This document shows positions 9,217-18,055 of a DNA stretch of 51,657 nt, one piece after another. A program made the position numbers and the translations under genes. Position 1 is the first letter of the stretch, and the number at the start of each line of letters is the position of its first letter. The notes under the pieces were generated by a model. The model had not been told where the DNA came from, searched no databases, and saw only the letters and a list, made by a program, of their open reading frames with translations. Origin of the DNA: a virus (Duplodnaviria > Caudoviricetes); the IMG/VR virus record IMGVR_UViG_3300030331_000022, positions 1-51,657 of that record, one strand, 5' to 3'.

Positions 9217-11243
9217 TATATTTCCTTTTTAATAAAAAGTCCAACAATAAAGGTTTGTATTGCACGATAATAATATCTACTTGCTACACGCAGTGTAAAC
9301 ACACGTTTACCATTTGCCCACTCAATACATTCCTTAAACTCTTTGTATACTGTGTCTGCAGTTCCATTAGCAATATGTTTACGTCCTAAATATCTGTAGC
9401 CACGCCGCATTGTTTCACCCCACCATTTATTATGAAGTGTACGTTTACACCAATCTACGGCATTTTCTCTATCTGTATTTTGAAACATACCACTTTGCAA
9501 TGCATGAGTTGCAATAACACACGAGTCTTTTGTTTTATCTCCAGCTTTATCCTCTGCTGTATCATTTTCTGAAGTTTTTCTAGCTTCTTTAAAAGGATTT
9601 TTTTGATATGCATATTCTCCTTTATTTACAGCCCTATGTAAACTACCACCATATTTCTTAGCTTGAGCAATATCATTAGTAGATAAACCCATAGCTTCAC
9701 CCTCTGAATCAGATAATCCTCTATCTATAAAATCATCTTGTTTAGCACGAAGTCTTGCAATAGCTGCGTGATGGTTTGCAACTGCTGCATTGCCATCTCT
9801 AACTGCATTATCAAATGATTGTTGCTCACGAACATTTAAGTCACCTGATTTAACTCCTGTAACAGGATCTTTACTATAACTTTCTCCACTACCTGCAATA
9901 TCACCCATATCTTGAACATTATATTTTGATGTATATTTATTGTAAAAATTTTGTCTTCCCTCTGATGTAAAAGTTTCTTTTAACCCTTCTCCAATATCTT
10001 GTACTATTCCTCTAGCACCTTTAAATACATCTCCTATTAAACCTGTTTCTTCATATTCTTTTATACGAGGATCTTCTTTCCAAGCATCTCCAAAATTATT
10101 ATTTAAAGACTCTACAATACGATTTTCTTGATTTTTTGCTCCAAATCTACCAGCAAGCCCAACTATACCTGCACCTGGAATTATACTTAGTCCAGTCGTT
10201 GCAGATAATAATTTTTTATTATCAAGATATAAATTAATTAAATTTTCTTTATGCTCTGTTGAAGTATCTTTTTTTGCTAATGTATCTCTAAATTCTTTAC
10301 TACTTTGTCTTTGCTGAGATTCACGCATTCTAGAAAGAAGTTGTTTATCATCATCATCATCTTGTCTAGTTACTTGTGTTGTTTGAACTTGTGTATCTTG
10401 AATAGGTTGCGTTTCTTGTTGATTTAAATATTCATCATAAGGAATAAAACCTTCAGGTAACGGTGTAGTAGGCACATTGTTATATGTACGTACATCTCTA
10501 ATTTCTCCAGTTTCTGGATTAATATATTTTACAGTTTTAGATACATCTCCTGCTTGAGGCACATCTAAGTCAGGTGTAGTTATTGTAGTCTGCACACTTT
10601 GTGGGTCAACAAATTTTGGTAAAAAACCACTTACCGTATCTGTTTGTTGAGGTTCAGTTGTAGTTCCTACTGTTTGTGTTATATCAGCAGGAGTAAAAGC
10701 ACTAGCAGGAGTAATCTGTGGACCTGCAGTAATTTGCCCTAATGATTGTTGATACACAGAAGGTTGATATCCTGCTATGCCTGTAACCATATTTGGATTA
10801 GTATTTTGTATTGTGTTAGCTTGTAAATTAGGAGATACAAATGTTCCCATCTGTGCTTCTACAACTCCACCACGATTCATTTCTTTAGGTTTATCTTCTG
10901 CTGGTCCACTTACAATAATAAGATCAGCCATATCAAATGGAAGATCATCAGGTATAGTGGCTTCTTCACTATTACCCATTTGTCCCATAGCTTCCATCTT
11001 TTTTAAACCCATTTTGGCTTCTTGACGCAGTTGCATTAATTTTTCAAGACCAATATAACGAGTTACATCTTCAGGAAAAACAAACTCACCCTCACTTATC
11101 TTAACATCTATATCATCACGTACACCTTTTTTAGTTCCTCCTATAGGAACTTTGTTACCAGATACTTCATCTATTTCACCGCCTTCATCTTCAAGGCCAC
11201 CACGTGCAAATAATTCCATTTGTTTTTCCATAAGTTTACTCAC
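9216..11243 (-). CDS. Putative virion/internal protein with a C-terminal CFI-box-like (CVIATH) domain
   Basis: 675 aa; N-terminal DDIDVKISEGEFVFPEDV.RYIG motif common in marine podovirus head-module proteins; Q/T-rich low-complexity middle region. Confidence 0.65.
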   Translation of the reverse strand: MSKLMEKQMELFARGGLEDEGGEIDEVSGNKVPIGGTKKGVRDDIDVKISEGEFVFPEDVTRYIGLEKLMQLRQEAKMGLKKMEAMGQMGNSEEATIPDDLPFDMADLIIVSGPAEDKPKEMNRGGVVEAQMGTFVSPNLQANTIQNTNPNMVTGIAGYQPSVYQQSLGQITAGPQITPASAFTPADITQTVGTTTEPQQTDTVSGFLPKFVDPQSVQTTITTPDLDVPQAGDVSKTVKYINPETGEIRDVRTYNNVPTTPLPEGFIPYDEYLNQQETQPIQDTQVQTTQVTRQDDDDDKQLLSRMRESQQRQSSKEFRDTLAKKDTSTEHKENLINLYLDNKKLLSATTGLSIIPGAGIVGLAGRFGAKNQENRIVESLNNNFGDAWKEDPRIKEYEETGLIGDVFKGARGIVQDIGEGLKETFTSEGRQNFYNKYTSKYNVQDMGDIAGSGESYSKDPVTGVKSGDLNVREQQSFDNAVRDGNAAVANHHAAIARLRAKQDDFIDRGLSDSEGEAMGLSTNDIAQAKKYGGSLHRAVNKGEYAYQKNPFKEARKTSENDTAEDKAGDKTKDSCVIATHALQSGMFQNTDRENAVDWCKRTLHNKWWGETMRRGYRYLGRKHIANGTADTVYKEFKECIEWANGKRVFTLRVASRYYYRAIQTFIVGLFIKKEI

Positions 11244-11460
11244 TTTTTAAAACTTCATCACGTAATAACTTTAATCTACGTAATTGATATATAGCACCTT
11301 GTGCTCTATATACTATTTGTGAATTGTCTGTTTGTTCCATATTACGATGTTGCTGCTCTATAAGCATATCTAAATATTTACTGAACTGGTCCCACTGCTG
11401 CTGGTTGCTGACCAGCTTCTTGAGCTTGTTGAGGTGCTCCTTGTTGTTGTGCATTTCCAC
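11236..11460 (-). CDS. Small phage protein downstream of portal (Bbp19-like position)
   Basis: Helical 74 aa with a YRAQG motif; overlaps the portal 3' end and is coupled to the next gene. Confidence 0.65.
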   Translation of the reverse strand: MEMHNNKEHLNKLKKLVSNQQQWDQFSKYLDMLIEQQHRNMEQTDNSQIVYRAQGAIYQLRRLKLLRDEVLKSE

Positions 11461-13519
11461 TAAATCCTTGTTCTTGTGGTGTTGGTGCTTGTCCTGTGCC
11501 TATTGTGCCACCTCCTGCTCCTGTCGGATCTGCTGGATTAGCACCTGCTGGTGTTTGTTGTTGTGGTTGTTCTTGTTGAAATTGTTTCATTAACTCAGCT
11601 TGTAATGCAGCCTCACTCATATTATTAGTGACTTTTTCAGGATCAAGTTCAAGAGACTTGGCAATCTCTCTAATAATATATTGAAACTTAGCAAATGGTG
11701 CAAGGGCAGGGCTAGATGCTATCTGCATAAACTGCATAAGTCTTTGACTTCGTACTTCATTAGCCATCAGACTTTCTGTACCACGTGCTTTTACTTCTAA
11801 GTCTCCTTTAATATCTGGATCAAAGTCAAACTGCATATTAAATCTAAATAAACCCTCACCAAGAGGACGTAACAAATAGTCATCTATATTTTTAATTACA
11901 TTTTTTATACTGCCTTGAGCAGCACCCATAAGCATACTGATACCAGAAGCAGTACGGCCCACACCCGATACGCCTGTTTGACCATGTGCAAAAGATGGGA
12001 ATCCAGTTGATTCATCTGCTAATACCCTCGCCTTATCAAATAGCTGCAAGTTTTCTGCAGCAACATTAGGAAACTTTGTACCAAAGATAGCTTGTCCTGG
12101 TGCTCCACCCTGTCTCCTAAATACTTTCCCTGGATATACTGTTAAGTCTTGGCCTGGGACTAAGTTAGTTTCATCTACCTCTATAAGAAGATTACCAGAT
12201 AATACAGCATTGTCAACAGCCATTCTCATAAAACCATTCATAAGAGTTTGGGTATCATCCATATTTTCTGCAATGCCCACCCCAAAAAATGAATATGGAT
12301 TTAATTCATACGGCACAGCCATATAAGGAATACGAGCAGGTTTAAATGGATTAAGAACCATACGGAGTAGTTTACCATTACAGATCCATACGTTTGCTTG
12401 TAGTTCATCTATATCTTGCATTTCAGGTGGTATATCTACCCCTTGTTCAATTAACGCCTCAACTTCAACAGAACCCCAGTATTCTAAAACTTCGAAACGA
12501 TAAACTCCATGTTCTGTTGCATAGTCAGATAAATCATCTTCCCAATATTCTTTATTATAATTTTCACCTAATTCAATTGCTTCATCAATTACGGAGTCCC
12601 TAAAATAAGGACGTTTTTTTAATGCTCTCATTTGAGAACGAGATAGTTTATGCCTTTCTATTACATATTGTGCCTCATCCATATTATTTGCATCTGGATC
12701 GGGATAAAGATTCCACACAGAAACATGAGATACTTGTGGTATTGTTTTCATAATAGGAGAATATTCACCATCATCTCCCCAATTAGGATACTCTTTGTCT
12801 ACAGCAAACGGTCCTTTCATTACACCTGTGCCAAATAAGGCCATTTCAAATGCAGTGCTTCTTAAATGTTTACTAGCACTAGATTCTTCTAGCTGATCAT
12901 GTATTTTCTTTTGCATTTTTTTAGCAGCAATCATAGCTGGACTAAATGTAACTGCTGTTGGAGTTTGGCCTATACCTTCTTTTAAATTATCTATATCCTC
13001 TAGTTTATCCTCTAATGGTCCTAAACTTTCTAGTAATGTTTTAACTGTTGCTCCTGCAGGAAAATCTTTACCATCTCCTGCAAATCCATATGGATTTACT
13101 GGATCATTAATAGTTGATTCTTTTAGCTGTTCAGGTTCTTGTGGATCAAATGTTACATCTGCAACTACGCCTTCAGGAAGTTCTGTAGGATCTACTGTTA
13201 AAGGAAACTTTTGCCCTGCAAATAATACATCAACTATTTGCCCATAAGCAGCCAGTGTTTTTGTTTTAGTTATTTTAATAAATACACGAGACTTCTCTGC
13301 CTCTGTAAACTGAACATCTGGACTATATACACCACGATAGTTACGATAAGCACGAAGCCAACGTTCTTCATCTTGTTGCCTATAATCTTCTGCTCTATTA
13401 AATTTTTCCATAATAAAAGGAATTATATTAGCAGTTTTATAATCCTCAACATTAGATTCTTCACTATCATCTAATACAACAGCATTATCTTCAATAAAAC
13501 CTTCAGTATCTTCTGCCAT
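11378..13519 (-). CDS. Portal protein
   Basis: About 713 aa directly after the terminase; FFGVGIAENMDDTQ, RTASGISMLMGAA and Q/P-rich tail. Start revised to the ATG at 13519 (RBS GGAAGGA, TAATG overlap with the upstream small ORF). Confidence 0.9.
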   Translation of the reverse strand: MAEDTEGFIEDNAVVLDDSEESNVEDYKTANIIPFIMEKFNRAEDYRQQDEERWLRAYRNYRGVYSPDVQFTEAEKSRVFIKITKTKTLAAYGQIVDVLFAGQKFPLTVDPTELPEGVVADVTFDPQEPEQLKESTINDPVNPYGFAGDGKDFPAGATVKTLLESLGPLEDKLEDIDNLKEGIGQTPTAVTFSPAMIAAKKMQKKIHDQLEESSASKHLRSTAFEMALFGTGVMKGPFAVDKEYPNWGDDGEYSPIMKTIPQVSHVSVWNLYPDPDANNMDEAQYVIERHKLSRSQMRALKKRPYFRDSVIDEAIELGENYNKEYWEDDLSDYATEHGVYRFEVLEYWGSVEVEALIEQGVDIPPEMQDIDELQANVWICNGKLLRMVLNPFKPARIPYMAVPYELNPYSFFGVGIAENMDDTQTLMNGFMRMAVDNAVLSGNLLIEVDETNLVPGQDLTVYPGKVFRRQGGAPGQAIFGTKFPNVAAENLQLFDKARVLADESTGFPSFAHGQTGVSGVGRTASGISMLMGAAQGSIKNVIKNIDDYLLRPLGEGLFRFNMQFDFDPDIKGDLEVKARGTESLMANEVRSQRLMQFMQIASSPALAPFAKFQYIIREIAKSLELDPEKVTNNMSEAALQAELMKQFQQEQPQQQTPAGANPADPTGAGGGTIGTGQAPTPQEQGFSGNAQQQGAPQQAQEAGQQPAAVGPVQ

Positions 13520-13647
13520 TAATTTTCCTTCCAAGGACCGTTTTCAAAGTCATTTATTTGTTCACATCTAGGACAAGATTGATATTTATTAGTATCATAT
13601 ATTGTTTCACATTTTGAACAAATTATTTTAGTATCCAAACACTGCAT
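13519..13647 (-). CDS. Small zinc-ribbon protein (42 aa; not in ORF track)
   Basis: MQCLDTKIICSKCETIYDTNKYQSCPRCEQINDFENGPWKEN: CxxC-x11-CPxC. It fills the terL-portal gap and its TAA overlaps the portal ATG. Confidence 0.55.
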   Translation of the reverse strand: MQCLDTKIICSKCETIYDTNKYQSCPRCEQINDFENGPWKEN

Positions 13648-15205
13648 CTGCTACCTGCATACCTTTTGATGGAACACCCATTGGATCATAATCAAATATA
13701 CTAAATCGGGGTCTTGACATTATACCATAACGTAATGCATCATACAAGTGATCTTCTGATGTAGTATCAATATCTTCAGGATTCTTTTTGTCAATAGGCA
13801 ATGAAGGTAGTTGTGATATAATATTTGTACAATTATTAAAAAATACTATTCTTGGTTCTTCTGTAAACTCATCTACCTGTAAACGTCTATGTATTTCATT
13901 TTTACCTGCTACCCTTGAACCCTTTGATCTATCAGAAGGACGCCACCTGCATCCTTTCATAATCATCTGCTCAGCCAAACTAGGGCCAGTATCACCACGG
14001 CGATGCCACAAAGAAGAGTCCAAAACTCCATATTTAATATTCCCATCTCCTGCCTCTAGATCTAACACCATATCTGCTAAATCCGTAGCAAGAACTTTAC
14101 TTACATATAATTCTCTGTAAACAACTAACTGTTCACTTGGCGACACTGCAAACCAAACCACGCCTGATTTACTACCGTAGCCATAATCACAAGCTCTAAA
14201 TTTTACCCAATTATTAGGTATATCATATGGCTCTACTACATGTATCTTTCTATCAAACTCTGTAAATGCCGCACCTTCTTTTATATCCCAGTCACCATCT
14301 AGTAACTGCCTACGTTGTTGCTCTGGCAACGATAGCAGCATTGCTTCATAGTCGCCTTGTTGAGCTAAGTAAGGATTGTCGGTAAGACGGGCAGGTATAA
14401 ACCTACGTTTGAATAAAGGTTTGCCAGCTTTTTCGTGTCCAGCAGGATAACGTAAGACCTCACCTGTTTCAATATCCGTAGCATTAAAAGACTCTCCATG
14501 TGGTGCAGGATCAATAAACATTTTTTTAACCCAATGATGGCCCCTACCTCCTGGGTTAGTAGTTGCCCTCATGTATACGGGCAGGTCAGGTGCAGTGGAC
14601 CGTAGACGTGATCTCATGTAGTTCCACGAAAAAGGTGAAGGCCACTGAGTTAACTCGTCAAAGCCTATCCAGCTAAAAGCTAGACCTTGGTAACGCAGGA
14701 CATCATCTTCCCTATCTAGGTAGGACATCCACAACCTCGCACCAGAGGGCGCAGTCCACTGCATTTTTCTTTCAGACCACTTAATACCCTTCCATATTTT
14801 AGGGTACATTTCTTGAGACTTAAATATAAGTTCTCTAAGTTCTTCTGTTGTGTGTCGTAATAACAATCCTGAAAATGCAGGATGCCCCATATAACGCAGG
14901 GGGTCGGCTAACATTGCATATGATTTGCCACCCCCTGCACTGCCGCCATATAACACTTCACGTTCACCTGCTGCTAAAAAATCTGTCTGGGGGCCAGCAT
15001 TAGGTTTAAATACTACGTTGTGCTGTTCCTCTATAGGTATTTCTGTAACTATAGGTTTAGGCTGCGTTACTGTTTTGCTTTGTTTCTTTTTTGCTGTTGA
15101 GTCTTTTCTGCTCAAGGGCTTGCGCCTTGGCGATTGCCTTTTTCGCATAGTCTGCCCATCTGCGTAGGCTTCTAGCTTGGTTGTTCCTTGTTCTTTCATT
15201 GTCAA
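13628..15205 (-). CDS. terL: Terminase large subunit
   Basis: Walker A YGGSAGGGKS, Walker B IGFDE, coupling motif ATTNPGG, RNase H-like DYGY and DHLYDALRY. The true start may lie downstream of 15205. Confidence 0.95.
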   Translation of the reverse strand: MTMKEQGTTKLEAYADGQTMRKRQSPRRKPLSRKDSTAKKKQSKTVTQPKPIVTEIPIEEQHNVVFKPNAGPQTDFLAAGEREVLYGGSAGGGKSYAMLADPLRYMGHPAFSGLLLRHTTEELRELIFKSQEMYPKIWKGIKWSERKMQWTAPSGARLWMSYLDREDDVLRYQGLAFSWIGFDELTQWPSPFSWNYMRSRLRSTAPDLPVYMRATTNPGGRGHHWVKKMFIDPAPHGESFNATDIETGEVLRYPAGHEKAGKPLFKRRFIPARLTDNPYLAQQGDYEAMLLSLPEQQRRQLLDGDWDIKEGAAFTEFDRKIHVVEPYDIPNNWVKFRACDYGYGSKSGVVWFAVSPSEQLVVYRELYVSKVLATDLADMVLDLEAGDGNIKYGVLDSSLWHRRGDTGPSLAEQMIMKGCRWRPSDRSKGSRVAGKNEIHRRLQVDEFTEEPRIVFFNNCTNIISQLPSLPIDKKNPEDIDTTSEDHLYDALRYGIMSRPRFSIFDYDPMGVPSKGMQVADAVFGY

Positions 15206-15476
15206 GCCGTTTCCTTAATCCTACATGAGAAATATATCTACCTGTGTTTTTAGATAGCCAGTTAGCAACTTCACGATATGAATATTGCTTTAGATATTTC
15301 TTAGCCTGTTGTAGTTTATCTAGCTCATCAGGTATTGGTGCTAAAACGTCACTATCTTCAGGATGTAGTTCATAACCAAACGGGATAGTTCTTGATATAC
15401 GGGGAATCTCTATCCACTCGTTATCCTCTTGTATATCTGTTGGTTGAGGAAGTTTCCAAATACCAGTTTTATTCAA
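15057..15476 (-). CDS. Putative DNA-binding (HTH) protein of the packaging module
   Basis: IPFGY...SYREVANWL...ISHVGLRKRL, resembling a recombinase-type DNA-binding helix-turn-helix. Confidence 0.55.
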   Translation of the reverse strand: MNKTGIWKLPQPTDIQEDNEWIEIPRISRTIPFGYELHPEDSDVLAPIPDELDKLQQAKKYLKQYSYREVANWLSKNTGRYISHVGLRKRLDNERTRNNQARSLRRWADYAKKAIAKAQALEQKRLNSKKETKQNSNAA

Positions 15477-15841
15477 TCTTCTTCCACTTGTTTAGGGGGC
15501 ATAAGCATAACCCCACCTTTTGTTTCTACTTGCATTTTTTCAGTTTTTACAAGACCTGTACGATCCAGTAACTCTTTTGCTGCTTGCATCTTATCACGTA
15601 TACCTAACTCTGTTGGGTCTATTAGTGCACCTACCATTGCAACTGCTGCACGTGGTGCATTACGTGACATATATGTTTGTGTAGCATCAAGTATCTCTTC
15701 TTTTAAACTATTAACAATATGTGTAGTAGATGTATTATCAGAATAACCAGCTAGTTTTTTAGCTTGAGCTACACTACCTGCTGCCTGATCAAACAGCACA
15801 TCTAAAAACTTTTGTTGTTGTTCTGTTAATTGTCTAGCCAT
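15473..15841 (-). CDS. Putative terminase small subunit
   Basis: LTEQQQKFL...AKKLAGYS helix-turn-helix and AAKELLDR.G typical of TerS; upstream of terL. Confidence 0.65.
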   Translation of the reverse strand: MARQLTEQQQKFLDVLFDQAAGSVAQAKKLAGYSDNTSTTHIVNSLKEEILDATQTYMSRNAPRAAVAMVGALIDPTELGIRDKMQAAKELLDRTGLVKTEKMQVETKGGVMLMPPKQVEED

Positions 15842-16293
15842 TACATCATCTCAAAATGTGGTGCATCAATAAATGGTCTGCGTCCTTGTGACCTACGTAA
15901 ATCTATGTAGCTATTCATTGCATCTTCTGCAGTCCCTTGATACATTCTAATATCACCCTCTGACCAAGCTGCACCCCACTTGACAGGGATTGATATACGT
16001 CTAGCTGCCTCTGCAAATGCATCACAAATATCATCATAAACATTTAGTTCCCAAGAAATATCAGAACCAAAATATGCTACAACATCTACGGCTCTACCAT
16101 CAAGATGTTTAGATTTCATAGTTTGTGATCTGCCAGAGTCAAATAGTTTTTGTTGCTCTTCTAAGGTACGTAGTCCATACGTAACTCCAAAGTCCACCGT
16201 AGTCAGTTTAATAGCTTCCATAACAACAGCTACAAGGTCTTTCTCTACACCTTCTAATTTACGAATACTTCTTGCACTTAATTTAAATGTCAT
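15841..16293 (-). CDS. Endolysin, peptidase M15 family (L-Ala-D-Glu peptidase-like)
   Basis: GLRTLEEQ, SKHLDGRAVD and DAPHFE zinc-binding motifs. Confidence 0.9.
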   Translation of the reverse strand: MTFKLSARSIRKLEGVEKDLVAVVMEAIKLTTVDFGVTYGLRTLEEQQKLFDSGRSQTMKSKHLDGRAVDVVAYFGSDISWELNVYDDICDAFAEAARRISIPVKWGAAWSEGDIRMYQGTAEDAMNSYIDLRRSQGRRPFIDAPHFEMM

Positions 16294-16679
16294 TTATTTT
16301 TCCCAAAAAACTTAGTAGCTGATCTAACACCAAAACTGGCAGCTACAATTACTCCAAGTGTATATTGATACCACTCAGGCATTGTCTCTAATGCAACAAA
16401 ACCATTTGCCACTATCTCTCTACCCCAATCTCCTGTAAACACAAGCACTAAAGGTATTGAAAATAAAATTGTCAGCCACTCGTCTTTCCACGAGGACTGA
16501 CTTCCTTGTGCCATAATTTTTTCCCAATCAGCCTCAGATGTTGCGGCTGACTTCATTATAGTTGCTTTTGCTTCTGCCTCTACAAGTTTAAGATTACTTG
16601 CTGCAGCCTGTGCATCTGCCTTGCCTTTTAACCAACCACCAGCTAGTTCTGCTATCGGTCCTATCAATGCTTGAATCAT
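16290..16679 (-). CDS. Holin (3-TM, GTA-holin-like)
   Basis: Probable start MIQALIG at 16679; SWKDEW, PEWYQY and ASFGVR motifs with hydrophobic segments; adjacent to the endolysin. Confidence 0.7.
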   Translation of the reverse strand: MIQALIGPIAELAGGWLKGKADAQAAASNLKLVEAEAKATIMKSAATSEADWEKIMAQGSQSSWKDEWLTILFSIPLVLVFTGDWGREIVANGFVALETMPEWYQYTLGVIVAASFGVRSATKFFGKNK

Positions 16680-16879
16680 AGTGATACCTTTGGTGTAGCT
16701 ATCTCTAAGTTTACACACTTAGAAAATGTTTGTGCAGTTTTATTTGGTTTAGTTTTTTCTAAATTTTCTACTAATAATATCCTACTTACTTCACACATTT
16801 CCATATTAGGATATAATATTTGATCAGATACAACCCTATGCTGCCCCATGTTTAACATTATCATTACTATTATATACAT
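16676..16879 (-). CDS. Hypothetical protein (hydrophobic N-terminus, two Cys)
   Basis: 67 aa, coupled to both neighbours in the lysis module. Confidence 0.55.
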   Translation of the reverse strand: MYIIVMIMLNMGQHRVVSDQILYPNMEMCEVSRILLVENLEKTKPNKTAQTFSKCVNLEIATPKVSL

Positions 16880-17094
16880 TACTTATTACCACGATCTGTC
16901 TTAGCTTCCTTGTTCATCCAGATGCCAAAACATCCTGTTAAAGCTCCCATACAAACAGATACAAGCCCTGCCTGTCCATTAGTAGGATCGGGTAGAGACA
17001 TATACCAATGGACAGATTGATATGTTAATATAGTTACAACTAACATCATTAGTCGTGGAAATATTTTATAGTCATCTATTATTGTGCTTGCCAT
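16879..17094 (-). CDS. Small two-TM membrane protein (lysis module)
   Basis: IFPRLMML...WYMSLPDPT..QAGLVSV, two hydrophobic helices; RBS GGAG. Confidence 0.65.
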   Translation of the reverse strand: MASTIIDDYKIFPRLMMLVVTILTYQSVHWYMSLPDPTNGQAGLVSVCMGALTGCFGIWMNKEAKTDRGNK

Positions 17095-17103
17095 ACTTCT
17101 CTC

Positions 17104-17325
17104 CTATGCCACTACAAAGTCTATATTATGTCCTTGATTAGGATTTACTTTGTTTCCATTGTGTGGGTGGTACGTATACACAGTTTCGTATCTATACTTA
17201 TCTGATTTTTTATCTATTGCTTTTGCAGTCTCTTCTACTCGTTGTTGTTTGTTTTTTACAGGCCAATCCGTAATAACTTTATCCTGTGGTATCGGTATAG
17301 GAACTGCTATAGGATCTACATTCAT
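17104..17325 (-). CDS. Hypothetical protein
   Basis: 73 aa ORF filling the gap between co-oriented genes. Confidence 0.55.
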   Translation of the reverse strand: MNVDPIAVPIPIPQDKVITDWPVKNKQQRVEETAKAIDKKSDKYRYETVYTYHPHNGNKVNPNQGHNIDFVVA

Positions 17326-17328
17326 GGG

Positions 17329-17574
17329 CTAAGTCCGTCTAAATCTGGCGGTTTTCTTTGCAATCTTTTTAGGTTGAGCCACAAACTGCTTACCTGCCTT
17401 CGTGCCTTTTCGTTTGGCTCTTGAAGTAGCTGCATACTCAGAAGCACTGAGAGACTTAATAGCAGCAGTAGGGAGATAACGTTCTCCAGTTTTAGCACTA
17501 GGCTTACCACTTTTAGTTCTCCACTTTTGCTTAGTCCAATCTTTCAGACTCTTCTGAGATTTTTTTAGTGCCAT
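17329..17574 (-). CDS. Small highly basic phage protein
   Basis: Lys-rich; SLKDWTKQKWRTKSGKPS..TGERYLP motif widespread in marine phages. Confidence 0.75.
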   Translation of the reverse strand: MALKKSQKSLKDWTKQKWRTKSGKPSAKTGERYLPTAAIKSLSASEYAATSRAKRKGTKAGKQFVAQPKKIAKKTARFRRT

Positions 17575-17649
17575 TTAACAACAGTCACACTCTGGGTGAC
17601 ACTTACGATTAAGTAAAGCACACCAAAGTCTTTTTAAATAACGCATCAT
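17575..17649 (-). CDS. 24-aa Cys-rich peptide (not in ORF track)
   Basis: MMRYLKRLWCALLNRKCHPECDCC; TAATG overlap with the upstream stop, and its stop abuts the next ATG. Confidence 0.55.
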   Translation of the reverse strand: MMRYLKRLWCALLNRKCHPECDCC

Positions 17650-17834
17650 TATTTATATCCCCCACCTGCTTTTTTATAGGCAGAGGCCAACATTTGTGCT
17701 TTTCTAGCTGACCACTGTCCTGGTTTACCACCTTTGCCACCAGCTTTTATTCTATTAAACTGACGTTTACGCATTTCTGGTTTAGTATAGTTTCCAGCTT
17801 TGTTCACCGTAGATTTTCTGGTAGATTTCGCCAC
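17649..17834 (-). CDS. Small highly basic phage protein
   Basis: NYTKP.MRKR...GGKPGQWSARKAQMLA..YKKAGGGY motif. Confidence 0.75.
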   Translation of the reverse strand: MAKSTRKSTVNKAGNYTKPEMRKRQFNRIKAGGKGGKPGQWSARKAQMLASAYKKAGGGYK

Positions 17835-17943
17835 GACTAACCCCTATATCTTTTAATGCTTTATCAGACATACTTTTTAGCTGCCAATAAGCAACTCTAT
17901 TTTCTTGTGATTTTTTTAAAAAATTATATATTCTTTTTAGCAT
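17782..17943 (-). CDS. DUF1127 (YjiS-like) small protein, 53 aa (not in ORF track)
   Basis: MLKRIYNFLKKSQENRVAYWQLKSMSDKALKDIGVSRGEIYQKIYGEQSWKLY matches the DUF1127 core L..(L/M)SD..LKDIG(L/V)SR..I; strong RBS AAGGAG. Confidence 0.75.
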   Translation of the reverse strand: MLKRIYNFLKKSQENRVAYWQLKSMSDKALKDIGVSRGEIYQKIYGEQSWKLY

Positions 17944-17982
17944 TTCTATCTCCTTAATCTGTAAGTCTCAACTTACTAGAGA

Positions 17983-18051
17983 TAGTTATAACATATTTAG
18001 TTATAACATAAAATGCATAATGTTGCAACCCCGTTATGACAGGATTGCAAC
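17983..18051 (-). promoter_or_regulatory. Promoter/operator region of the DUF1127 gene
   Basis: Minus strand TTGCAA-N17-TATAAC; 13-bp direct repeat TAGTTATAACATA at 17983 and 17998; 13-bp stem hairpin at 18022-18051. Confidence 0.45.
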
Positions 18052-18055
18052 TTTT

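Noticed and set aside
18001-18028. dif-like (XerCD) site: minus strand TTGCAACATTA-TGCATT-TTATGTTATAA
   Set aside because: The XerD-like arm matches 9/11 but the XerC arm is poor, and the sequence is better explained as the AT-rich promoter and repeat upstream of the DUF1127 gene.
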